Assembly (NCBI GenBank): GCA_044233485.1
Contig: JBIIJY010000003.1
Coordinates: 32,481-96,480 of the forward strand
Length of the DNA: 64,000 bases
Source of the DNA: Minisyncoccia bacterium
Lineage (GTDB): Bacteria > Patescibacteriota > Minisyncoccia > Phycocordibacterales > UBA6065
Direction of reading: 5' to 3'
Within the stretch, counting starts at the first letter, position 1. Each line of letters opens with the position of its first letter. Both the position numbers and the translations under genes were made by a program. This document shows positions 46,095-55,255 of this stretch, piece after piece. The notes under the pieces are model-generated. The model had not been told where the DNA came from. It saw only the letters and a list, made by a program, of their open reading frames with translations, and did no database searches.

Positions 46095-46661
46095 CTAGGC
46101 TCGTTCGACGTATTCTCCTGACTCAGTGTTGATTCGGATAATCTCCCCTTCATTGATGAAGAGTGGAACCTGAACCTCAGCTCCTGACTCGAGTTTTACC
46201 ATTTTTGAACCACCTGAAACAGTATTACCCTTTACCGCCGGCGCCGCTTCAACAACCTTCAATTCAACCTTGACCGGAAGCACGACCCCGAGCATGCGCT
46301 CACCAAACATAAGCATGATGACAATCTCATTTGGCTTAAGAAACTTTCGCCCATCACCTACCTGATCTTCGGTGAGAGTTACTCGCTTACTAGGGTTTTC
46401 TGGCTCTGAAAAGACGTACTGACCGCGATTGGCATAGATAAATTTCATATCTCGCTTTTCGATCTCAGCCTCAGGAACTTTATCTGACTGATGGAATGTG
46501 TGCTCACGAACTTTTCCAGTACCGAGGTTTTTTAGCTTAGCTACATTTTGTGGCTTTCGCTGCTGCATTCGAAAGATATGACTCGAAACAACTTCGTATG
46601 GCTCACCATCGAGGACAATATATTTTCGTTCGGTAACTTCGTTGTATTCAAGGAGTGACAT
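46095..46661 (-). CDS. efp: elongation factor P
   Basis: 188 aa. Contains LDGEPYEVV, the three-domain EF-P pattern and C-terminal VPLFINEGEIIRINTESGEYVERA. The tip loop reads FRMQQRKPQ instead of KPGKG. Confidence 0.93.
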   Translation of the reverse strand: MSLLEYNEVTERKYIVLDGEPYEVVSSHIFRMQQRKPQNVAKLKNLGTGKVREHTFHQSDKVPEAEIEKRDMKFIYANRGQYVFSEPENPSKRVTLTEDQVGDGRKFLKPNEIVIMLMFGERMLGVVLPVKVELKVVEAAPAVKGNTVSGGSKMVKLESGAEVQVPLFINEGEIIRINTESGEYVERA

Positions 46662-46689
46662 AGGCGCAGAGGATTACAGAGACTAGTAA

Positions 46690-46893
46690 TTATCGAGAAA
46701 CGAATGGAAGAAGTCCCATGTATCGAGCAAGCTTTACTGCATTAGCGAGTTTTCGCTGATTAAGTGATGAAAGGTTTGTTCGCTTTCGAGACTGAATACG
46801 TGCGTGTGGATTCAAGAACTTCTTAAGAATAGCGACATCTTTGTAGTCGATATGCTCAATTTTGTTTTCATTAAAGAAATCTGATTTTTTCAT
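46690..46893 (-). CDS. rpsR: 30S ribosomal protein S18
   Basis: 67 aa. Contains IDYKDVAILKKFLNPHARIQSRKRTNLSSLNQRKLANAVKLARYMGLLPF. Confidence 0.93.
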   Translation of the reverse strand: MKKSDFFNENKIEHIDYKDVAILKKFLNPHARIQSRKRTNLSSLNQRKLANAVKLARYMGLLPFVSR

Positions 46894-46923
46894 AGGTGAT
46901 TGTTATGGTTGTTAATTATTGAA

Positions 46924-47376
46924 CTAGAATGGAATGTCTTCTGGATTAATCTCTTCTTCAGGATATTCGAGTGGTGCTCCTGACTCTGCTGGAGCGGCTG
47001 CTTTTGATGCGGCTGGTGTTGATTTCTCTGAAGCTGCACCTGAGGAAGTCCCTCGAGGTCCAAACTGGACTGCATCAGCCACGATTTCAGTACGATACTT
47101 CTTCTGACCATCCTGAGCATCCCAACTTCGTGTCTGCATTCGTCCTTCTACGAAAACCGTACTCCCTTTCTTCAAATACTGACCAACAAGCTCTGCTACT
47201 TTTCCGAAGACTACCACATTGTGATAATCAGCTGATTCCTGTTTTGCCCCACTCTTATCTTTCCAGACACGATTGGTTGCAACTGAGAATGAAGCGACAG
47301 TGATACCTGATGGAAGTGACTTCACTTCTGGATCCCGAGTCAGGTTTCCGTACACAAGAGCTTTGTTGATATACAT
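46924..47376 (-). CDS. ssb: single-stranded DNA-binding protein
   Basis: 150 aa. OB fold (NKALVYGNLTRDPEVK...WHNVVVFGK-like YHNVVVFGK), a Gly/Ala/Ser-rich linker and an acidic tip ending DIPF. Confidence 0.95.
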   Translation of the reverse strand: MYINKALVYGNLTRDPEVKSLPSGITVASFSVATNRVWKDKSGAKQESADYHNVVVFGKVAELVGQYLKKGSTVFVEGRMQTRSWDAQDGQKKYRTEIVADAVQFGPRGTSSGAASEKSTPAASKAAAPAESGAPLEYPEEEINPEDIPF

Positions 47377-47416
47377 AGTTTTTATTGATTAAGACTTATT
47401 CCAGAGTATACCCTAT

Positions 47417-47935
47417 CTATTCAAGAGCGAGTTTACTGATTGATTTATCAAGGTCCGCCTCATCTTTTGCTTCATCAACCTTTGCCTTTACTGCCTGATC
47501 TACTCCTTTTACATCACCGACCACCTTTGTTTCAAGCTCGTCGTCTTTCTTCAAAAGGTGAGCAAGTTTTTCTGTCGCGAGAGTATTCTCACGTACTGTC
47601 TCGATAAGGAGATAGCGGAGGATATGATCTGTTTCATCAAGAAACTTTTTGAGTGGCGCAACCTTTGCTGGTGAGAGCTCAAATTTTACCCATCCAAAGA
47701 AACTTGTAGTAAATTTTCCTCGTACTCCACCTGTCTGCTTTGCCATCATGTATGCAAGCGTTGTTTCAACTGGCGCTGCTTCACTGATGATACTTGCTTC
47801 TGCTTTGGTAAGGTACTTCTTAAGGTTCTCGACTTCGATTTCAACCTGCTCAGGTGAGATGGTTGGTACAAAGTGATATCCTACTTCATATACTTTTACT
47901 GACTCTGTTTTTTCAACTGTTTTCTTTTTTAACAT
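47417..47935 (-). CDS. rpsF: 30S ribosomal protein S6 (with N- and C-terminal extensions)
   Basis: The core VYEVGYHFVPTISPEQVE...GWVKFEL...ILRYLLIE fits S6, and the order rpsF-ssb-rpsR is conserved. At 172 aa it is longer than typical. Confidence 0.85.
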   Translation of the reverse strand: MLKKKTVEKTESVKVYEVGYHFVPTISPEQVEIEVENLKKYLTKAEASIISEAAPVETTLAYMMAKQTGGVRGKFTTSFFGWVKFELSPAKVAPLKKFLDETDHILRYLLIETVRENTLATEKLAHLLKKDDELETKVVGDVKGVDQAVKAKVDEAKDEADLDKSISKLALE

Positions 47936-47997
47936 GTAACAACATTAACACACAGTTTCAACACTAGCAACCTTTGACAATCGTAAAAAATATTATC

Positions 47998-48807
47998 TTA
48001 TACTGACCACAGCTCTTTGGTATTTTGGAGGAGCTGGCTCGCCGTTTCTTCAAGAGAAAGCCCCCATGCGTTTGCCACCTCAGAAGCTATTTCCCTCACA
48101 TAGTCTGGCTCATTACGTGCCCCTCGATGTGGCACCGGAGCAACAAAGGGTGAATCCGTCTCGATCAGGAGACGATCATGTGGAACAGCTGCTACCAGCT
48201 CTGTGTATTGCTTTGCAAATGTCACAACTCCAGTCACAGAAATATATGACCCTCGTGCACAAAATTCTTTCATTTCAGATAGAGTCCCCGCGAAAAAATG
48301 CGCTTGTGTTTTAACTTCAGGAAACTCACTCAGTACTGCGAGAGTGTCCTCATACGCATTCCCGGTAGTATTCCCGTTTCGCATATGGAGCATCACCGGT
48401 TTCTGAATCGATCGAGCAAGAGTTAATTGCTCTCGAAACGCTTTCTGTTGGCGCGCGAGTGACTCCGAGTCTTCTTTTGGATGATAGAGATAGTCGAATC
48501 CACATTCACCAATACCGATTACTTTTGAACTCTCTGCGAGTTTTGCAAACTCTTCATATGCAAACTCTTCACCGACAACATTTTCTTGTCCACGGACGAA
48601 GCTATTGGTATAAATCGGATGGAGACCAATAATAGCCCATACTGATTCATATTGCTCTGCGAGCGCCACCGCCTGACGTGAAGTTGCCAGTGTCGTACCA
48701 ACCACAAACATCCCCACCCCAGAGCGCTGTGCACGGGCAATGACCTCTTCTCGATCTTGATCAAAATCCTCAAACTGAATATGGCAATGAGAATCTATGT
48801 ATTTCAT
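47998..48807 (-). CDS. tatD: TatD-family metal-dependent hydrolase (DNase)
   Basis: MKYIDSHCHIQF start at ATG 48807; the track ORF continues to 48903, inside metG. Contains GECGFDY, ...HMRN... and ETDSPFVAP motifs. Confidence 0.88.
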   Translation of the reverse strand: MKYIDSHCHIQFEDFDQDREEVIARAQRSGVGMFVVGTTLATSRQAVALAEQYESVWAIIGLHPIYTNSFVRGQENVVGEEFAYEEFAKLAESSKVIGIGECGFDYLYHPKEDSESLARQQKAFREQLTLARSIQKPVMLHMRNGNTTGNAYEDTLAVLSEFPEVKTQAHFFAGTLSEMKEFCARGSYISVTGVVTFAKQYTELVAAVPHDRLLIETDSPFVAPVPHRGARNEPDYVREIASEVANAWGLSLEETASQLLQNTKELWSV

Positions 48808-48814
48808 GAGTTGC

Positions 48815-50248
48815 TTATTGTATACGAGGAAAGAGTATCGGCTTTGTCTGCGCGGTAAATGACTCAACGAGTTTTTTATGAGTCTCAGGAAGAAGTGGCT
48901 CAAGGAGTGCGGTGATTTCGGCTAGGGTGTGAAGGTACGCTACAATGTCAGCAGATGCTCCCTCTGGGTCTGTTTTGATCCGTTTAAATGGCTCGGTGGT
49001 CTGAATAGCTTTATCTGTCTGCCCGATAAGCTCAAACACACAGTCGAATGCTCGCTTCACTTCAAATCGCTCGAGAGCCTCACTAAACTGGGGATACCGC
49101 TTTGAGACTTCTGCAAATGAGGGAACTGCTGGTATTGCCACCGTATAAGAAAGTGCCATCGCGAAGAGACGACTAGCCAAATTACCAAGACCGTTTACAA
49201 GTCCTGTCGTGTACGCACGATGGAACAGATCAAGTGTGCACGGACTATCTTCAAAAGTTGAGAGTTCCCGCAGCAAGTAATATCTGACAGCATCTGTGCC
49301 GTATTTTTTCACAAGATCTATCGGATCAATCGCATTGCCAAGACTCTTACTCATCTTGACCCCACCTTCGGCGGTCACGAAACCATCGACCACAATATGC
49401 CTTGAAAGTGGCAACCCCACCGAAAGGAGCATCGCTTGCCACATCGATGACTGCTGACGTAGATTATCTTTTCCACAATACTGAACCATCGGTGACCATT
49501 TCTCAAAACGATTCAGGTCATCCGGCCAACCGATTGCGTCAATATAGCTCGTCAACGCATCAAACCAGACATACATCACATGATCTTTATCATCTGGTAC
49601 ACTCACTCCCCAAGGCATTTTTGACTTCAAGCGTGAAATAGAAAAATCTTGGAGACCACGTTTAGTAAACTCGATAATTTCTTTTTGTCGCTCAGACGGT
49701 ATGACAAAATCGGGTGTCTTCTGATAATACTCAAGGAGTGGTTCTGCGAATCGAGAATATCTAAAGAAATAGTTCTCTTCCGATATGAGCTCGAGTTCCC
49801 GATCCTGATGCAGAGGACATTTACCATTGACGAGCTCGCTTTCAGTACGTTCAAGCTCACAACCGACACAGTACTTAGTTGTATAGTTTTTCTTATAGAT
49901 ATCCCCTTGTGCCATAGAGCGACGCCAAAACTCTTGCGCAACGAGCCGATGGCGCGGGTCAGTTGTCCGACAAAACGAAGTATATGAAATTCCAAGTAGT
50001 GCGTGGACTTCTTTAAACTTCTCCGCATATTCATCAACGTACTTCTGCACGTCGAGCCCTAGTTCGCGCGCTTTAGTATAGACTTTCGTCCCATGTTCAT
50101 CGGTGCCGGTATTGAAAAATACCTCAAAACCCTGAAGACGTTTGAATCGCGCAATACTATCAGCCCGGACGAATTCAAGAGCGTGGCCAACATGAGCTTG
50201 AGCGTTTACATAGGGAAGAGTAGTTGTAATGTAGAAAGTCTTTTTCAC
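48815..50248 (-). CDS. metG: methionine--tRNA ligase
   Basis: 477 aa with a GTG start. HIGH-type AHVGHALEF, CxxC knuckle region (KYCVGCE...GKCPLH) and KMSKSLGN. Confidence 0.95.
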   Translation of the reverse strand: MKKTFYITTTLPYVNAQAHVGHALEFVRADSIARFKRLQGFEVFFNTGTDEHGTKVYTKARELGLDVQKYVDEYAEKFKEVHALLGISYTSFCRTTDPRHRLVAQEFWRRSMAQGDIYKKNYTTKYCVGCELERTESELVNGKCPLHQDRELELISEENYFFRYSRFAEPLLEYYQKTPDFVIPSERQKEIIEFTKRGLQDFSISRLKSKMPWGVSVPDDKDHVMYVWFDALTSYIDAIGWPDDLNRFEKWSPMVQYCGKDNLRQQSSMWQAMLLSVGLPLSRHIVVDGFVTAEGGVKMSKSLGNAIDPIDLVKKYGTDAVRYYLLRELSTFEDSPCTLDLFHRAYTTGLVNGLGNLASRLFAMALSYTVAIPAVPSFAEVSKRYPQFSEALERFEVKRAFDCVFELIGQTDKAIQTTEPFKRIKTDPEGASADIVAYLHTLAEITALLEPLLPETHKKLVESFTAQTKPILFPRIQ

Positions 50249-50275
50249 TTCTGTACGCTAACACAAAAGAATCGC

Positions 50276-51349
50276 CTACGCATCTTTCATTTTCTTCTTC
50301 TCTGACAAGTCATCGAGGAATTCAACGAGTACCGTTGAGAGTGGAATGGCGAGCAACATACCAATGAAGCCAGCGAGTTTTGCGCCAATTACGAGAGCCA
50401 AAATCACCACAACCGGTGAGAGTCCAGTAACCTTCTTCATCACGAGCGGATAGAAGAGATTACTCTCAAACTGATGTAGTACCATATAAAAACCCAAGAC
50501 GAGTAATCCTGAAGTTGTATTGCCATCGCCGAAAGCGGCCATTGTACCTGGAATAGCAGCGATCACCGGACCGAAAACAGGAATCAGTTCACAAACCCCA
50601 GCAAAGATTGCAAACAACAGAGCTCCTTCAACTTTAAAGATTGTCAGCACGACGTAGATCAGCACTCCCATAACTCCAGCCAAGACAAGCTGTCCTTGCA
50701 TCCACTGCCCTATCTTTCGACTTGAACGCTCCCAGAGGCTCACCACATAGTCCTCATAGTCTGCCGTCGTGACAATTCGTAGAAAACGAGCAACACCGTT
50801 TTGCTGTGCCGCCAAGTAAAAAGAAAGTACGGCAATAAGACCAAACCCTAGCACACCACCGAATAATCTCGAGAAGACAGCCAGTGCCCCTCCACTTCCA
50901 AGTCCGATTAAGTATTCATCGATTTGAAAAAAGAGATCCTGGATCGAGAACTTATCCCCAAAAAGACTCTCTGTGCTCGCTGGATCAAAGATAGTATCTT
51001 TTGCCGGATTCCAGAGCTCGAGATTGTCGATATAGGTCGGCGCAGTTGCCAAAAATGTTGAGGTGTCGGTAAGAAGTCGTGGAAGGAAATAATACGTGAG
51101 ACTCACTGCCAGACTAGCGATTACGCCGTACACCGCGATCACCGCAAACACTCTATTGAGAGAGATCCCAAAGAGCCGCGGCTTCATGAACAATTCGATA
51201 AATGGGTTCATGGCACTGGCGATGACAATAGAAGTCAAAACGACAATGACAATATCTCTCATCCAAAACATCAGAGCTGCCAATGCTATGAAAATGAGCG
51301 TCTTGGCAATCGAACCGGATGAGATTTGTATCGTAATAGTATTCTTCAT
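50276..51349 (-). CDS. AI-2E family transporter (PerM/UPF0118)
   Basis: 357 aa and polytopic. Contains ...ELIPVFGPVIAAIPG... and the C-terminal GMLLAIPL pattern typical of the family. Confidence 0.85.
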   Translation of the reverse strand: MKNTITIQISSGSIAKTLIFIALAALMFWMRDIVIVVLTSIVIASAMNPFIELFMKPRLFGISLNRVFAVIAVYGVIASLAVSLTYYFLPRLLTDTSTFLATAPTYIDNLELWNPAKDTIFDPASTESLFGDKFSIQDLFFQIDEYLIGLGSGGALAVFSRLFGGVLGFGLIAVLSFYLAAQQNGVARFLRIVTTADYEDYVVSLWERSSRKIGQWMQGQLVLAGVMGVLIYVVLTIFKVEGALLFAIFAGVCELIPVFGPVIAAIPGTMAAFGDGNTTSGLLVLGFYMVLHQFESNLFYPLVMKKVTGLSPVVVILALVIGAKLAGFIGMLLAIPLSTVLVEFLDDLSEKKKMKDA

Positions 51350-51400
51350 GCCTCTCTATCATACTATGAGAGACTTGAATATAGTACGCTCTGTGGAGAA

Positions 51401-52783
51401 TTAACTGAGTTTTTCTCGTAGATACTCCGAGAGTTTCTCGAGCGAAACTCGTTCTTGGACTCCTGTGTCTCGAAAACGAACCGTGACTCCTTCATTTTTC
51501 TCAATAGTATCAAAGTCAACCGTCACACAAAATGGTGTACCGATTTCATCCTGACGACGATAGCGCTTTCCAATACTTCCCGCTTCATCATAGAGCACCG
51601 CGCCAAACTCTTTCTTAAGCGTACTAAAAACTTCTCGGGCTTTTGAAACCAGTTCTGGCTTGTTCTTTAGAAGTGGAAATACTGCCACTTTAACTGGAGC
51701 GACGCGTGGAGAGAATGCGAGGTAGACACGTGGCTCACCTTCTACCACATCCTCACGATAGGCATCAGAAAATACAGCAAGTAGCAGACGACCAAGACCA
51801 AATGTTGGTTCGATGCAGTGTGGGAAGAAACGCTCCTTCGACTCTTCGTCAAAATACGTCAATGATGTACCAGAAGCCTCTGTGTGATTCTTCAAATCGT
51901 AATCCGTACGGTATGCGCAACCAAGAAGCTCTTTTTGGCCAAATGGAAAATCAAACTCATGATCGACACTGTGTTTTGAATAGTGCGCACGATCGGCTTC
52001 AGGAATTTCTACTTGATGTATCTTGCTTGAGGTTAAACCGAGATCTTGTTCCAAGAAAGCTCGCTGCTCCTGTAGAAAACCGTCAAAAACTGGCCGCCAA
52101 TTTTCTGGACGAACAAAGTATTCGATCTCCATTTGCTCAAGTTCTCGCACTCGGAAAATAAAATCTCGTGGAGCGATCTCGTTACGGAAGGCTTTTCCAA
52201 TCTGAGCCATACCAAAAGGCAACTTAGGGTGAAATGAATCGAGAACGTTTTTAAAGTTAACAAACATACCACCAGCCGTTTCTGGTCGTAGATACGTAAC
52301 CGACTCAGCATCAGCGACTGGCCCCACGTGAGTTGAGAGCATCATCTGGAAACGACGCACTTCTCCAAGTGGGTTGCCATCCGGACTTAAAATCTTTTTC
52401 TCTTTAATTACCGCATTCATACCTTCAAGCGTCATTCCTTTCACGTCGACACCCGCCTCTTCAAGAAGGTTATCAGCTCGAAATCGCTTTCCAGTCTTTT
52501 TATCTTCCACAAGCGGGTCAGTAAACGTGTCCACGTGACCACTCGCCTTCCAGACATTTTGATTCATCAAAATAGACGCGTCCATTCCATATACATCCTC
52601 TCGGTCGAGCACAAAACGCTTCCACCAGAGATTTTCAATATTTTTCTTGAGGGCGACACCGAGAGGTGCGTAGTCCCACGTACCAGCAAGACCACCATAG
52701 ATCTCCGAACCCTGGTAAATGAAGCCACGACGCTTCGCCAGAGAGATTAATTTTTCCATCCGATTATCCTGTGATGTATTCAT
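51401..52783 (-). CDS. glyQS: glycine--tRNA ligase (alpha2 homodimeric type)
   Basis: 460 aa. Contains KRRGFIYQGSEIYGGLAGTWDYAPLGV, class II motifs (FRNEIAPR, GLGRLLLA) and a C-terminal anticodon-binding domain. Confidence 0.95.
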   Translation of the reverse strand: MNTSQDNRMEKLISLAKRRGFIYQGSEIYGGLAGTWDYAPLGVALKKNIENLWWKRFVLDREDVYGMDASILMNQNVWKASGHVDTFTDPLVEDKKTGKRFRADNLLEEAGVDVKGMTLEGMNAVIKEKKILSPDGNPLGEVRRFQMMLSTHVGPVADAESVTYLRPETAGGMFVNFKNVLDSFHPKLPFGMAQIGKAFRNEIAPRDFIFRVRELEQMEIEYFVRPENWRPVFDGFLQEQRAFLEQDLGLTSSKIHQVEIPEADRAHYSKHSVDHEFDFPFGQKELLGCAYRTDYDLKNHTEASGTSLTYFDEESKERFFPHCIEPTFGLGRLLLAVFSDAYREDVVEGEPRVYLAFSPRVAPVKVAVFPLLKNKPELVSKAREVFSTLKKEFGAVLYDEAGSIGKRYRRQDEIGTPFCVTVDFDTIEKNEGVTVRFRDTGVQERVSLEKLSEYLREKLS

Positions 52784-52787
52784 AGTA

Positions 52788-54704
52788 TTACTGTTTTACA
52801 ACCTCATCCCCCGCACGATACCCAGGATCGGTTGTAATACGTGTAGTAAGATTAACTTTTTTGTCGCTCAATGCAACCTGTGTGCGATGATCCACTCCTT
52901 TGAGTTCGATTTGAGTCACCAGATCCGGAACCTGCCCCACCTGATTCACACTCGCCTTAAGCCCGACCTGGAAAGATACCGTCCGAGCTGGCTTACCAAA
53001 CCCTACCCCTGGTTCAAGGGTGCCAATATTCCAGATCACTTCACCTGTACGCTCATTGAATGTCAGTGGTTCATTTTCAGGCAGTCGAAGATCCTTCCAC
53101 TTTACATACGTCGGTAAAATTCCACGAACCACCACATCGTCAGACTGATTTCGAGTATTCGTCACTGTCCAGACGACAGTATACGTTGTCTCTTTATCTG
53201 CCTGAGGTGGAATTACACCACTCTGTACAAATGGGGTAGTTGCTCGAGTCGCTCGTGAAGCGAGAGCCAGTTCTGAGACAAGCTGAACACGTCGTGAGAC
53301 TACCGAATTGAGTGCCACTGGAGCTCCTGATTCATCAGAGCGATTCCCCCGAACACTGATCTCAATAACGAAGGGTTGATAGATTGAATCTGCCAAATCA
53401 CGCGGCACAGTGACATTGAAGTTTAGCTGACCTTGGTCTTGAGGGTTGATAGTGACAAACTCGGGCACACTTCGATTGTTCCATGTAATGACCCCTCGAG
53501 TTGAGTCGTAGTAACCATTTGAATCGGCAACGACTTGACGCTTATCGAGTCCCGGACCAGAGATTCGTAACTCGACCACCGCATCAGCGATTCGAGTCTC
53601 TGAAGTGCTCTGCCAGTTGATCACTCCTCGAATCGTCTCACCACGACGTGCAGAATAATCACTTGAGCTTTCGTCACCATTCAAAGCGAGACTGACATCG
53701 AGAAACGGACGGTCGATCTCTTGCGTATCTTTTCGCACAGCGAGCAATGCCCCTATTTCTTTTTGATCACGCGCAGAGGCCGTACCGACAGAGAATCCAA
53801 ACGTTCGCACATCAGCGTCTTGTCCGATCACTACCCCACGCAGTTTAATTGTCTTTTTTGAACCAGGGGCAAGGGTACCGATTTCCCAGACATCTGAACC
53901 ATATGTCGGGAGCGGATTAGCCGAGGTGAATTTAAATCCAAAAGGATACTCTATCTGCAAAAGCAGACCCGGGAGTGGTTGATTAGTATTTGATTCTACG
54001 GTGACCGTGATTTCCTGCTCTTGCCCTGAATTCACCCGCTCAAGAATATCCGCACTCACCGTCAGCGGCACTGTTCCGATCGAGATTGGATACTGATACG
54101 ACTTCTCAAAAATTGCATTAGAGCCTGGCACTCGATACTCAAGCGTGAATCGAATTGTCAGCGTAGAGTTCTGTGCACCAAAGATGCGCGCCTGAATGTT
54201 CTTGCGAACTTCTTTTTGCGCCAGGACAGTTCCGATATCAATTTTCTCTCGAGCCAATTCAGCATTGCTTGAATCAGCTTTTTTGGTGCCATTAGGAAAA
54301 TCTACTCTCATACTTGAAAAGATGAGAGCTGAATTATTCTTATTCTGGACACTGATATCGAATGAAGAGATGTCACCCGCCCCGACAGCTTTCGGACCAA
54401 TTACATTAATGATTATATTGTCGACCGAGACGAAATTTTTATCTTGATAGATCTTGTAACCGAAATAGCCAACCGAGAGAATACAGGCAATGAGAGCAAA
54501 GTAAAACAGCGCTTTGAGAAAATGATGCTTGGGAGCATGATCGTAGGGAGAATCTTCTTTCGGGAGCGGAGACTCGTCCCATGCATTAATAACCAATGGC
54601 TCGTCGAGGTGAACCTGACGTTTTGAATCGCGCTTTATCTGATGCTCAGGTGAATGAATTCGTCCATCAAGCATATCAAGTCGACTTGGTTTCTTTTCTT
54701 CCAT
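52788..54704 (-). CDS. membrane-anchored hypothetical protein with several beta-sandwich-like modules
   Basis: 638 aa. A charged N-terminus is followed by one TM segment (FLKALFYFALIACILSVGYFGY). The long extracytoplasmic region is made of repeated beta-rich units of roughly 100 aa. No family recognised with confidence. Confidence 0.7.
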   Translation of the reverse strand: MEEKKPSRLDMLDGRIHSPEHQIKRDSKRQVHLDEPLVINAWDESPLPKEDSPYDHAPKHHFLKALFYFALIACILSVGYFGYKIYQDKNFVSVDNIIINVIGPKAVGAGDISSFDISVQNKNNSALIFSSMRVDFPNGTKKADSSNAELAREKIDIGTVLAQKEVRKNIQARIFGAQNSTLTIRFTLEYRVPGSNAIFEKSYQYPISIGTVPLTVSADILERVNSGQEQEITVTVESNTNQPLPGLLLQIEYPFGFKFTSANPLPTYGSDVWEIGTLAPGSKKTIKLRGVVIGQDADVRTFGFSVGTASARDQKEIGALLAVRKDTQEIDRPFLDVSLALNGDESSSDYSARRGETIRGVINWQSTSETRIADAVVELRISGPGLDKRQVVADSNGYYDSTRGVITWNNRSVPEFVTINPQDQGQLNFNVTVPRDLADSIYQPFVIEISVRGNRSDESGAPVALNSVVSRRVQLVSELALASRATRATTPFVQSGVIPPQADKETTYTVVWTVTNTRNQSDDVVVRGILPTYVKWKDLRLPENEPLTFNERTGEVIWNIGTLEPGVGFGKPARTVSFQVGLKASVNQVGQVPDLVTQIELKGVDHRTQVALSDKKVNLTTRITTDPGYRAGDEVVKQ

Positions 54705-54709
54705 AGGTA

Positions 54710-55246
54710 TTAGTATACTATCGCGAGTTCCTGCAATCTACGAGTAAGATGCTCTGTATAACGCACCTTAACCTCTGGCGTTTCGGCCAGAAGGTCTTTA
54801 AGTGAATGTGACTGATACTGTTCCATAAAGCCAAGCAAGGACAGTACGCGGAGCGTGAGGGCTCGATCGACGAAGCTACTCGACTCAGGAGAACAGAGAG
54901 CGCTCGCTGCTGAGAACTCATCAAAAATCTCTCGGAGTTTTTCTTCACGTACAATCAATTTTGTAATTGCCAGCGTCGCCAGTGAATACGGAACGCGCAA
55001 CCCACTCTCTGGCGCGACTCGTTCTATCCCGGTCAGACGCCAGGTATTCTTCCCTTTTACAAGTGAGAGGGAGAGTTTTACCCCAGAGACAAGGTGCATT
55101 CTATTTTTTGAAGCGAGTTTGCGAATTCCACTCGCCACGACATAAATCACACCAAAACGATCTGTTAAAAAGCAGAGTTCTTTATCAGCTTCTCCGCGAG
55201 AGAATTCTCGGAGAAGAAAGGCGTGAGTTGTGTAGATTGTATACAC
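54710..55246 (-). CDS. recO: DNA repair protein RecO (short form)
   Basis: 178 aa with a GTG start. The N-terminal OB-fold pattern AFLLREFSRGEADKELCFLTDRFGVIYVVASGIRK..S.. fits RecO_N. No Cys-rich zinc-finger segment is present. Confidence 0.65.
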   Translation of the reverse strand: MYTIYTTHAFLLREFSRGEADKELCFLTDRFGVIYVVASGIRKLASKNRMHLVSGVKLSLSLVKGKNTWRLTGIERVAPESGLRVPYSLATLAITKLIVREEKLREIFDEFSAASALCSPESSSFVDRALTLRVLSLLGFMEQYQSHSLKDLLAETPEVKVRYTEHLTRRLQELAIVY

Positions 55247-55255
55247 TGCAAAATC

